Origin: Candidatus Pacearchaeota archaeon
Lineage (GTDB): Archaea > Nanobdellota > Nanobdellia > Pacearchaeales > GW2011-AR1
NCBI GenBank assembly: GCA_964202455.1
Contig: CAXNIJ010000004.1
Span: forward strand, 36,483-100,482
Direction: 5' to 3'
DNA: 64,000 nucleotides
Positions 9,187 through 17,632 of this stretch are shown here, piece by piece; position 1 is the stretch's first letter; every line of letters begins with the position of its first letter. The position numbers were made by a program, and so were the translations under genes. The notes under the pieces are model-generated. The model had not been told where the DNA came from and did no database searches. It saw only the letters and a list, made by a program, of their open reading frames with translations.

Positions 9187-9432
9187 TTAGAAATAATCTC
9201 TAACTTTGTCTTTCCAAGAACTTCTTTTTTCATGCCTAAAAAGAGCGTTGACTCCTAGAGCTACAAGAGCTCCAACAGCTGCTGCAACTGCTATAGATGT
9301 TAGAGGATGTTGTTTAATGACTTTTTCAGTCATCTCTTTAGCTTCTCCAACTCGCTCTTTTGTATCTTCTAAGGCTTCTTTTGCTTCTTTTACAAGATTC
9401 CTTGCTCTAGATATTTTTTTTGTTCGTGCCAT
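9187..9432 (-). CDS. small tail-anchored protein, YqjD/ElaB (DUF883)-like
   Basis: Charged helical N-terminus (EAKEALEDTKERVGEAKEMTEKV) followed by one C-terminal TM (IAVAAAVGALVALGV). Confidence 0.4.
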   Translation of the reverse strand: MARTKKISRARNLVKEAKEALEDTKERVGEAKEMTEKVIKQHPLTSIAVAAAVGALVALGVNALFRHEKRSSWKDKVRDYF

Positions 9433-9440
9433 GTTCCTCC

Positions 9441-9731
9441 TTATCTTTGTACCTTTACTACTACTCCGATGAGTAGAAGAATGATCCCCATGATTAAAAG
9501 TGAAATAGTCTTTGAAAGAGCAAGGTACTCAATGCCGAAGAAGACTGCTGAAAGAGCAAAAATAATTATTGAACTTGCAATTATTAGTGTGGCTAGCAAT
9601 TTTCTCATTAAATGATTAGTAAACTCTTTAACTGTTGAAACGATACTATTAACAAATTCGCCCTCTACCATTTTTACAGCTTTTCTAACTTTACTTTCTA
9701 CGAATTCTTTTAGATAGTCTGAGATCCCCAT
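9441..9731 (-). CDS. two-TM small membrane protein (YqjE/holin-X-like)
   Basis: 96 aa with two hydrophobic helices, located directly upstream of the YqjD-like gene. Confidence 0.4.
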   Translation of the reverse strand: MGISDYLKEFVESKVRKAVKMVEGEFVNSIVSTVKEFTNHLMRKLLATLIIASSIIIFALSAVFFGIEYLALSKTISLLIMGIILLLIGVVVKVQR

Positions 9732-9837
9732 GCTTCTATGATGTAAATTTAATATAAAAACATATTCTGTTTGTGAGAGTGGTAAAATTTGGGGCTTTGT
9801 GCAAGAATTGTCGCCCTATTATTAGTTTTCATCCTTT

Positions 9838-12360
9838 CTAATTTAGAATATTTTCTAATAATTTAGTCGCTTTTGTTGGTTCAAATGGAGAACTGAAAAA
9901 AATGAAATTACCCACTGGTCTACCTGGAAAAGCATATGCATTTACCCCGTAGATATTTGCTTCTGCTTTTTCATAAAGAGTCCTAGTTAGAGAATAGACT
10001 GTACCTGGAACATTATTATTTGCAAAATATTTAAATGTATAATGGTGTACTCCTGGTTTTGAAGACTCTGAATGATAATCTAATTTTATTTCTCCTTTTG
10101 ATTTTGAGAGAATTTTTCCAGGATCTTCATCGATAAAAGTTTTTTCTTTGATTGCAGCTTCTACTCCTTGAATGATTTTTTTCTGTTGACTACTTCCAGG
10201 AGTATATTCGAACATATCTAAAGCTAAACCATGCTGAGAAAGAGAATGAGCATGAGCTTGAAGCAAATCCGCCCCATATTCGTAGAGTTTTCCTGTGATG
10301 ACTGCGAGTAGTCCCCTGTAATCTTTACAAGCTACGCCTATCATATTTTCTTGCTGAGAAAAAGACTGAACAACTGGTTCTCCAGATTTATGTGCTTTTG
10401 AAAGCTTTGAAATCCAAAATGGGACTGTTTCCTTATATCTTCCGCTCCTAAAATCTGGTCCTAAATCCTCTAGAAGAGATAAACCTGCCTCATCAAAAAG
10501 ATTTGCCTCGTATATTGACTCTTCCGGTTTTTTATCTAGAAATTTCATGGTTCTTTTATAGAGTTCATCTAGATCCCCCCATAATGGAAATTCTTTTCCT
10601 TCAACAGACCCATAATCTGCGTGAGCAAATAAATAAAGTGCGCGCATTCTCATTGAAGTTTTTGCAATATTTGCTAGTTCTCTAACTCTAATTGTATCAT
10701 TCAATCTGCTGGAAAATGCTTCATAAGAAACATTTGGATGTGCTTCTACAAGAAAATGTGTTGTATCCAGAGTTTCAGTAGAAATTTCAAGCTCTCGCAT
10801 AATTTCAAGATATTCTGATAAATTATTACTAACTACTCCCCTACTAGCATTTGATTTTGGAATATGCTTTATCAACAAAGCTAGATCTATTGCGGCTGCA
10901 TCATCTGGAGAAAGATAAGAATATTCTTCTGCAATATTGGGATATGCAGATTTCTCTCCAGTTAAAGTTTCTCTAGTTTCAATTTTTTTTAATGCAAATT
11001 CTGCCCTAGTTAAATTAGCAGCTCTATGCTCTATAGGGTGCATTCCGGCCTCTAAGCTTCTATATCCTGGTAAAATTTTCTGAAGAACATCTCTTTCAGC
11101 TAAATACCTAAGACTTCTTGATCTTAATCCCTGATCGTAAAATAATTTTCCGAAAATAGTACTCGGATGTGTCCAATTACGTGCTTCTTCATAAAACCTA
11201 GGCTGGACTGTATCATTAATAGAAAGTCCGTTGATTTGAGCGACTCTTACAAGTGAAAAAAATAACTTTGTTTTTTCCTTAGGATCATTTATAATCTCTC
11301 TAATTGCTTTGGGCCTTATATGTAGACCTTGAGGAGTTAGAAGAAAATCATCAGTAAGAGCATATCCTTTTCTTAGAACCGATTTCATCTGAGAATCTGC
11401 GAACCGACTAATATCTTTTCTTGCTTTGATTAATTTTTCAAGTGCATTTTGACCTAAATTATCTAAATCTCTCCTTTTAAGAGTGTCTGGCTCTGTACTG
11501 CCCATTCTTTTTAAAATTAGATCTGCTCTTTTTTGCGGATCGGAACAAACAGAAAACATTCTTTGAAGATTTAATTCTGCACGCATTTTTAGTAGTGTGC
11601 CTACACTATCCCTCATAGATTCTCCAAAGTTCATATTTGAAGATATTTCTCTTGAACTCATGAATGATCTTGCTGCATTTACCCATAATGCTGCATGATA
11701 ATGGCGTAGTCCACCGATCCCATATTTTATATTAAATTCCTTTACTACGCCATAAGTTTCAGGATGCTTATTTCTTAGTTCTTCTAATAACCTTAAATTA
11801 TGAAGAAAAAGAGCAGAAAGATTGCCTTGTTTTTTCAAAACTTCCCTTATATCTGAAATTAAATCTCCATCTCCATAAAGTAAACGCATATCTAAAAAAG
11901 AGTTTAAATCTAATGGTTGAAAACCTTGAATATCTGATAAATTATGAATTCCTTTATCAATTTTTAACCCATACTTATCTGAGAAAGTGTAAATTGCATC
12001 ATAATCGAATGCTTTGGCTAGAGGATTATCTTTAAGAGAGGGACTATCTATTATAAGTCTTATATCAATGTCTGAATTTGGACTGAGCTCTCCTCGGCCA
12101 TAACCTCCTACTGCAAAATATCCAAATCTAAATGGAAAATTACTTTCTCTCACGGGATCGAATCCAAATACTCTTTCTGCTGTGGAAATTAGACTATTTT
12201 TAATTATTGCATCTACAATGGTTGTACGTTCACGAACAATCTCCCAAGCATCTGTAGATGTTCTAATTTTTGAATTATTTATAAGAAGATGTGCCTCTAG
12301 AGTTTTAAGAGGCCCATATAAAGCAATACCTGCGTTAACTTGAGCTTCTGTGAGGTGCAT
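9838..12360 (-). CDS. GlnD-like [protein-PII] uridylyltransferase family protein (NTase, helical region, two ACT domains)
   Basis: FAVGGYGRGELSPNSDIDI is the GlnD nucleotidyltransferase signature. DMRLLYGDGDL follows it. There are two ACT-like repeats at the C-terminus (IGVACKDYRGLLAVITGKLYEYGADL; NNNVPGTVYSLTRTLYEKAEANIYGV). No clear HD motif was seen. Confidence 0.75.
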   Translation of the reverse strand: MHLTEAQVNAGIALYGPLKTLEAHLLINNSKIRTSTDAWEIVRERTTIVDAIIKNSLISTAERVFGFDPVRESNFPFRFGYFAVGGYGRGELSPNSDIDIRLIIDSPSLKDNPLAKAFDYDAIYTFSDKYGLKIDKGIHNLSDIQGFQPLDLNSFLDMRLLYGDGDLISDIREVLKKQGNLSALFLHNLRLLEELRNKHPETYGVVKEFNIKYGIGGLRHYHAALWVNAARSFMSSREISSNMNFGESMRDSVGTLLKMRAELNLQRMFSVCSDPQKRADLILKRMGSTEPDTLKRRDLDNLGQNALEKLIKARKDISRFADSQMKSVLRKGYALTDDFLLTPQGLHIRPKAIREIINDPKEKTKLFFSLVRVAQINGLSINDTVQPRFYEEARNWTHPSTIFGKLFYDQGLRSRSLRYLAERDVLQKILPGYRSLEAGMHPIEHRAANLTRAEFALKKIETRETLTGEKSAYPNIAEEYSYLSPDDAAAIDLALLIKHIPKSNASRGVVSNNLSEYLEIMRELEISTETLDTTHFLVEAHPNVSYEAFSSRLNDTIRVRELANIAKTSMRMRALYLFAHADYGSVEGKEFPLWGDLDELYKRTMKFLDKKPEESIYEANLFDEAGLSLLEDLGPDFRSGRYKETVPFWISKLSKAHKSGEPVVQSFSQQENMIGVACKDYRGLLAVITGKLYEYGADLLQAHAHSLSQHGLALDMFEYTPGSSQQKKIIQGVEAAIKEKTFIDEDPGKILSKSKGEIKLDYHSESSKPGVHHYTFKYFANNNVPGTVYSLTRTLYEKAEANIYGVNAYAFPGRPVGNFIFFSSPFEPTKATKLLENILN

Positions 12361-12703
12361 AGTTCTGAAGCAAATTAATGGTATAAATAGTTAATGATAA
12401 TTGAATATGCTCTTTTTTGGTAAGCTTAATGTCTTCCCTTAATAATCCTTGATGAATTAAAGAATTTTCTTTCCTGAATCTACCGTGCGGAGATAACTCT
12501 TCCATTGAAAAGAAGCAAACTGTTAAACCTTATCAGATTCCTTGCAAAATCGAGGAGATGACGATAAGGCGGAATACAAACATTTATATTTGAACAGGAT
12601 ATAATAAATCTATGATAATTTTACATACGTCTGCGAAATATCGGTGGCATACGATCTTCTTGTAAACAGATAAGTCGAATCATTTTTGCTCGGAGAGAAT
12701 ATC

Positions 12704-13330
12704 ATGAGTGAACGGCACATCAGGAATCGAAAGAGACATTATGGTCGTATCATGGAGGAGTACCAGAATTCTAGAGATCCAGAAAAAGTAATGAATATCT
12801 TCTATCCTGGTGAAACGGGGATGAATTATCTTATCTATGAGAAAAATCCTCTCAATATAGGTTATGGTCTATCAAGGAAACCTCTTCTTTCAGAGCAATA
12901 TGTAGGATGCAATGGTATTGCTTTGCTCTCAGGAAAGTACGGGGTACTTTCTCACTATAATCCTGATGCGGGAGATATCTATATTCATGCGAGTCGCACT
13001 GCAAAAGCAATCCTTTCACGAAATACTGGTGATGAAACTCTAGCAATACTTATAGGGGGAAACCGCTCACACGCAGAAACGAATCGAGAAATCCTTATGG
13101 AGAGAGGCATCAGAATCATGGGAGAGTACATCGATGGTGTGGGATCTGAGAACCCTGCAACCTTTAAGATGGGAGATTATCTGCCCTCTAAAAATGTCCT
13201 TGTTCTTCCCGCTAGACAGGAAGTCATTGTGCAAATTAAGTTGAAATTGGCAGTGGATCCTCTCCTCGATTTAGATTCCGTTGCATATATCGTCTTTAGA
13301 AGAGGGAGAGGTCCTAAACGTTTTCTTTAA
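12704..13330 (+). CDS. hypothetical protein, weak CheD-like deamidase resemblance
   Basis: ATG at 12704. VGCNGIALLSGKYGVLSHYNP, LAILIGGNRSH and NREILMERGIRI resemble the CheD pattern GSC..V.L....G..H..LP / k.fGGa.m / rN......L...gI.i. The G+C content is visibly higher than in the neighbours. Confidence 0.5.
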   Translation: MSERHIRNRKRHYGRIMEEYQNSRDPEKVMNIFYPGETGMNYLIYEKNPLNIGYGLSRKPLLSEQYVGCNGIALLSGKYGVLSHYNPDAGDIYIHASRTAKAILSRNTGDETLAILIGGNRSHAETNREILMERGIRIMGEYIDGVGSENPATFKMGDYLPSKNVLVLPARQEVIVQIKLKLAVDPLLDLDSVAYIVFRRGRGPKRFL

Positions 13331-13516
13331 AGAGATTACTATCGCATGAGCATTTTCACCAATAATGGAGATATTGATTCCCCTGCTGAAATCATAGTCC
13401 TTTGGGTCAGTCTGATGGGATTTTTTGTAATGCTTTACTTTACATTCTTTGGAGATAGAGAGACTTTTTAAATTTTATCCTTGGTGAACGACTACCTCTG
13501 TGTGACGCAGAGATAT

Positions 13517-13762
13517 TTACTCATAAACTTCTTTTCGATGTTCAAAGCGTAAGAAATGGATAGTGTTATTGAAAAATGAATAAATGATTCTGTATGGTCT
13601 AACATATACTGTTCGTTCACCTTTCAAGTCATATCGTAAAGGCTTGCCTGTTTCAGGACTAGCAATAATTTTGTTAATCTGTTTTACCGCTTGCTGTTTG
13701 ACAGAAGTATCTGCTTTTTTGAACTCCCGTTCAAATTTTTCAGTATAGATTACTTCTACCAT
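13517..13762 (-). CDS. RelE/ParE-family toxin
   Basis: 81 aa: ...ETGKPLRYDLKGERTVYVRPYRIIYSFFNNTIHFLRFEHRKEVY. Overlaps the upstream antitoxin gene by 7 nt. Confidence 0.8.
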   Translation of the reverse strand: MVEVIYTEKFEREFKKADTSVKQQAVKQINKIIASPETGKPLRYDLKGERTVYVRPYRIIYSFFNNTIHFLRFEHRKEVYE

Positions 13763-14019
13763 TTTTCAATTTCTTTTAAGAAATCAGTACCGCTTAACTT
13801 TTTGTATTTACCTGCATCGATCTCTTTCCAGGCTTCTTTAATCTCTTCAAGAGTACGTAAGTCGTCCTCAAGAGGATTCTTTATTTTCTTTAACACAACA
13901 AGATCGTCCTTCGTTGAAACTGCTAACGTTTCTCCATCTCGAAGGTCGAGCCTTCTACGGACATCGAGAGGTATGACTACTTGTCCCTTACTGCTCATTT
14001 TTGTTAGTGCAATTTCCAT
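13756..14019 (-). CDS. AbrB/MazE-type antitoxin
   Basis: The internal ATG at 14019 gives MEIALTKMSSKGQVVIPLDVRRRLDLRDGETLAV (SpoVT/AbrB loop-hinge motif). Confidence 0.75.
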   Translation of the reverse strand: MEIALTKMSSKGQVVIPLDVRRRLDLRDGETLAVSTKDDLVVLKKIKNPLEDDLRTLEEIKEAWKEIDAGKYKKLSGTDFLKEIEKW

Positions 14020-14146
14020 ACTTTGGTAAGATTGTCTTACTATATAAATATTATGGTCTTTTAATATAAACCCTGTAGTAGTTACAAAATAGAAAGTTTT
14101 AAATATCAGCATTAATCGAGATCATTATGAAATCAATAAAAAAATA

Positions 14147-14773
14147 TTGTCCCTACTTTCACTTGCAGGTCTAGTTGGTTGTACAGAGATTGATAGCAGA
14201 GATGCAATGAAATATGGCGTTATGGATTATCAAGAGGTAATTGATGCAGTTAAAACTCCTGCACAAGCTCGCGCCTATATTATAAATAATATTCAACCAG
14301 GGCTAAGTGATAGTACTACAGGAAGTCTCTCCTTTAGAAAAATACATGAACACAGAAAAGGAGATTGCTCTGAAGCAGTAGTTGCAGCTTCTGCATTATT
14401 GAGTGATAATGGATATCCGCTGATACATCTGGTAATGGCTCACAGTTATGGGGAAGTTCGACATGGTGTGTTTGTATATAAAGAAAATAATAAGTGGGGA
14501 ACTATTAGCATTAATTCCTCAGAAAACCACAATGCGAAATTCTCAACATTAGAAGAGGTTTCAACAGCACTAGGATATGACTTATACAGACTCGGCAGGA
14601 TTCATGATGAGCTTATTCCAGATTGGATCTCTACTGATAGAAACCTTGCTTTTACAGCAGAAGAAATTAAAAATTTACCTGAGTTTAGTTTCACAAAAGT
14701 AAGAAATCCCATCAGAGTAGGAAGAGGAGCAGTCATATATACTAATATTCTTGAAGAATTGTCAGCATATTAG
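14147..14773 (+). CDS. transglutaminase-like cysteine peptidase domain protein, probable lipoprotein (start uncertain)
   Basis: KGDCSEAVVAASALLSDNGYP fits the G.C..fA....aLlr..GiP transglutaminase-core pattern, with later His/Asp candidates. N-terminal LSLAGLVGC is a lipobox. See the frameshift finding. Confidence 0.55.
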   Translation: MSLLSLAGLVGCTEIDSRDAMKYGVMDYQEVIDAVKTPAQARAYIINNIQPGLSDSTTGSLSFRKIHEHRKGDCSEAVVAASALLSDNGYPLIHLVMAHSYGEVRHGVFVYKENNKWGTISINSSENHNAKFSTLEEVSTALGYDLYRLGRIHDELIPDWISTDRNLAFTAEEIKNLPEFSFTKVRNPIRVGRGAVIYTNILEELSAY

Positions 14774-14886
14774 AAGGAGTCATCTTGTGGTTATTTTTAT
14801 GAAAAGAAATGGATCCTTAATTTATAATTAGAGTGATATCTGGAGTTTGTTCTCATCAATTCCACGAAGGTGCCAAGAAGGTATAC

Positions 14887-15105
14887 TGCCCCTGCCGGGA
14901 TTCGCACCCGGGTTTAGGCCGTTCTCCACTGTCTCAATTCGCTGAGAATCAAAAGATTCTCAGAGGATCAAAAACTTTCGTTTTTGATATGAGACACTGG
15001 TTTTAATACAGTGCCTGTCCAAAGATGGACTGAAGTTATGGTCTCGACGACGTAAACTTCGGCGATGCGAGAGGGCCTCGTCCTTGACTGCTAGACTACA
15101 AGGGC
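14887..15105 (-). tRNA. tRNA-Glu(CUC) with a 146-nt intron (14922..15067) after position 37
   Basis: The exons fold to a cloverleaf: GCCCTTG TA GTCT AGCAGTCAA GGAC G AGGCC CTCTCG | intron | C GGCCT AAAC CCGGG TGCGAAT CCCGG CAGGGGC A. Confidence 0.75.
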
Positions 15106-15155
15106 ATAAATAGACAGAGAGATGACTGTTTAAAAATCTGCTGTAGAAGCTAAAA

Positions 15156-15228
15156 TAGCCCCGCCCGGATTCGAACCGGGGTCACAGGCGCCAGAGGCCT
15201 ATATCCTAGACCGCTAGACTACGGGGCT
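15156..15228 (-). tRNA. tRNA-Gln(CUG)
   Basis: AGCCCCG TA GTCT AGCGGTCTA GGAT A TAGGC CTCTGGC GCCTG TGAC CCCGG TTCGAAT CCGGG CGGGGCT A. Confidence 0.9.
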
Positions 15229-15378
15229 ATTCGATAAAGATGGATTACGAGTGTTTTAAAACTTTGGGGCTCTTATTTTTTTGAACTAATTAAGTCTTAA
15301 ACATTAAAGAATTTCAATTTTTTATGCTTTCGAGAAAGATTTTTATAGTGCTTACTCCTAGAAAGATTAGGTGATTAA

Positions 15379-15690
15379 ATGAATTGGATATTGATTATTG
15401 TGGCTGTAGTGGCATTGTTTGTTTTCTTAAGATTTAGAGAGATAAGACATAGAGTTACACATATGGTGATAATTTTAGTAGTGTTGCTTCTGGCAGGATC
15501 GGTAGCACAAGTTTATTTTAGCAATGATGTCGATTTGACTTCATTTGATGGTATTGCGAATGCTGGGACACTGTATTTCAGTTGGTTAGGGACTGTTTTT
15601 GGTAATGTTGGTAAAGTTTCAACTTTTGCTGTCCATCAAGAATGGGGCGTTTACGAACCAGAGTCCAAAAATGAGACAGTTTCTTCATGA
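15379..15690 (+). CDS. small membrane protein
   Basis: 103 aa with two TM helices. AGGTGA lies 5 nt upstream of the ATG and a TATA-like TTTTTATAG further upstream. Confidence 0.55.
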   Translation: MNWILIIVAVVALFVFLRFREIRHRVTHMVIILVVLLLAGSVAQVYFSNDVDLTSFDGIANAGTLYFSWLGTVFGNVGKVSTFAVHQEWGVYEPESKNETVSS

Positions 15691-15884
15691 AAATTGTCTC
15701 TTTTCTTTTTTTTACATTTCTTTTTTTAGGCGCTTTTTTTATTGTAAGTAATCAAAATTTGTATCTTCAGACGGAAACTGATAGAGGAATTTTTATTCGA
15801 CAATATGGGAATTGGGCATTTAAACTTGTATCAAACACATACACGATTACTGGAAATGCTCTAAAATTTGATTGGTTGCCCTGA
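15687..15884 (+). CDS. small membrane protein
   Basis: 65 aa with an N-terminal TM. Its ATGA start overlaps the stop of the previous gene. Confidence 0.45.
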   Translation: MKIVSFLFFTFLFLGAFFIVSNQNLYLQTETDRGIFIRQYGNWAFKLVSNTYTITGNALKFDWLP

Positions 15885-15923
15885 GCAGAGGATTTTTATA
15901 TCCTGAATTTTTCTTCCTTACGT

Positions 15924-15995
15924 GCCTCTATAGCTCAGTGATAGAGCGTTTCCTTGGTAAGGAAAAGGTCCCGAGTTTAATCCTCGGTAGAGGCT
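15924..15995 (+). tRNA. tRNA-Thr(GGU)
   Basis: GCCTCTA TA GCTC AGTGAT AGAGC G TTTCC TTGGTAA GGAAA AGGTC CCGAG TTTAATC CTCGG TAGAGGC T. Confidence 0.9.
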
Positions 15996-16068
15996 TTCTA
16001 ATTTATCTACCTGATAGAAGATATGAAACTGCCGGACTAAGAGAATTAGTTGAAAATGTTAGTTAAAT

Positions 16069-16851
16069 TTATCCTCTAAGAGCAATTGTATTTCCCGATT
16101 CATATCTTCTAAGTCCTTTGTAAAATAACCAGATGGCAAATGCAGAAGAAGCGATCATAAATCCAATTAAAATAATAAACCATTCTAAATTGAAGCTCTT
16201 AAGAAGTTCTACTGGGACTCCACTTATGAATCCTGCTGGAATAACAAATAGAAGAAGGAATTTGCTGAACCCTGAGAATACTGAATAAGGATATGTTGAG
16301 AAAATAATCAGAGTTTCGTTTGCAGTCCTGGCTCCTGCTTCAAATCTTCCTGTGAAAAATGCTATTGAACCGAAGATGATTGCATAGTTTAGAAAAAAGA
16401 CTGCTCCGCAAATCACTAATAATATAAATAAAGGAACTTGGCTCCAACTTAATATAAATAATGATATAAATATTCCGAAAAAGAGATCTCCTGTCGCTGG
16501 ATACCTCAACTTTGCAATTGAGTGAAGCAGGACATTTTTAGGGAGAGTGATAAAATAGTCTAGTGCTCCTCCTTCTATCATCGTTGCAATTCTTCTTACT
16601 TGACCAAAAAATACTCCAGTTAAACCAAAAGAAATAGTTACAATTGCATAAAGAAGTGCCATGTCATGAAAACTCCAACCGTTCATTGACTCGAATTTTT
16701 GGAATAGAATATACCAAAAGAAAATCCAAATCAGATTATTAAGAAACATTCCAAAAGACTGTGCAATAAAATTAAATCTATATTCCATTGCCGATGCTAG
16801 TTCTATTCCGAAGAATTTCTTTAGAAAAACAAGATGATTTCTAACCCCCAT
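16069..16851 (-). CDS. ABC-2 type transporter permease
   Basis: Six-TM protein immediately downstream of a paralogous permease and an ABC ATPase. The start is taken at the internal Met (MGVRNHLVFLKKFF). Confidence 0.7.
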   Translation of the reverse strand: MGVRNHLVFLKKFFGIELASAMEYRFNFIAQSFGMFLNNLIWIFFWYILFQKFESMNGWSFHDMALLYAIVTISFGLTGVFFGQVRRIATMIEGGALDYFITLPKNVLLHSIAKLRYPATGDLFFGIFISLFILSWSQVPLFILLVICGAVFFLNYAIIFGSIAFFTGRFEAGARTANETLIIFSTYPYSVFSGFSKFLLLFVIPAGFISGVPVELLKSFNLEWFIILIGFMIASSAFAIWLFYKGLRRYESGNTIALRG

Positions 16852-17632
16852 GTGATGTGACCTCCTTGAGTCCTTTTTTGTAAATAAATGCAAGTATTCC
16901 TAAAAAGACAATTATCCAGATAACTTGTCCGACTATTGCTTTGATAAAATCTGAGAGATTGAAATGGATGAATAGCTTTGCAGGAAGATACATTATATAA
17001 GTTGTTGGAAGTTCTGCTGTAATTTGTCTTAACCAAAGAGGATAGAAGTCTAGTGGTACTAGCATTCCACCTAAGACGAATAAAAACTTCTGATAAATCC
17101 ACATTAATGCTGTGACATCTTCTAACCAGAGTGCTAAAAGAGAAAGACTTAGAACTATCAAGAAGCTTATTATTGCTGAGCCGATAATTAGAAGAGAAGT
17201 TAAAATCAATCCTATCAATGTTACTTGAATTGGTCCCACATAGAAATATGCTAGAAGAATGCCTGCAGTCCCTACTATTGCAAAAGTAGAAATAAATTCA
17301 GCTAATAAAATACAGAATTCTCTGCCTGCATAATGGTATGGCTTTAGAAGAGCGCTGGTAATTGCTCCTGAACGAATTTCTTCTCCTAAAGAATCTATTC
17401 TAACTGAACCGGTAGAAAATAGAATTACTTCGGTTAGAGTTAAGTACCAAATCATCTGAGCAATGGTGTATCCATCAATTGCAGATTTTCCTGCATAAAC
17501 TGTTTTCCAAATCTGTAAGAAAATGAAAAGAATCATTGCAAGAACTACTGTTCTAGTAGCCATATTCCAGAAATGAGAAAACTGCTCGATCAAATACATT
17601 TTGATAATTGCCAGATATTTTTGTATTTTCAT
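16841..17632 (-). CDS. ABC-2 type transporter permease
   Basis: 263-aa polytopic protein that overlaps the ATPase stop by 4 nt. Confidence 0.7.
   Translation of the reverse strand: MKIQKYLAIIKMYLIEQFSHFWNMATRTVVLAMILFIFLQIWKTVYAGKSAIDGYTIAQMIWYLTLTEVILFSTGSVRIDSLGEEIRSGAITSALLKPYHYAGREFCILLAEFISTFAIVGTAGILLAYFYVGPIQVTLIGLILTSLLIIGSAIISFLIVLSLSLLALWLEDVTALMWIYQKFLFVLGGMLVPLDFYPLWLRQITAELPTTYIMYLPAKLFIHFNLSDFIKAIVGQVIWIIVFLGILAFIYKKGLKEVTSHGG

Noticed and set aside
15872-16066. 64-aa plus-strand ORF
   Set aside because: It reads straight through tRNA-Thr (15924..15995).
16821-17102. 93-aa minus-strand ORF
   Set aside because: It is an alternative frame inside the ABC-2 permease gene, and the permease frame is far longer and hydrophobic-periodic.
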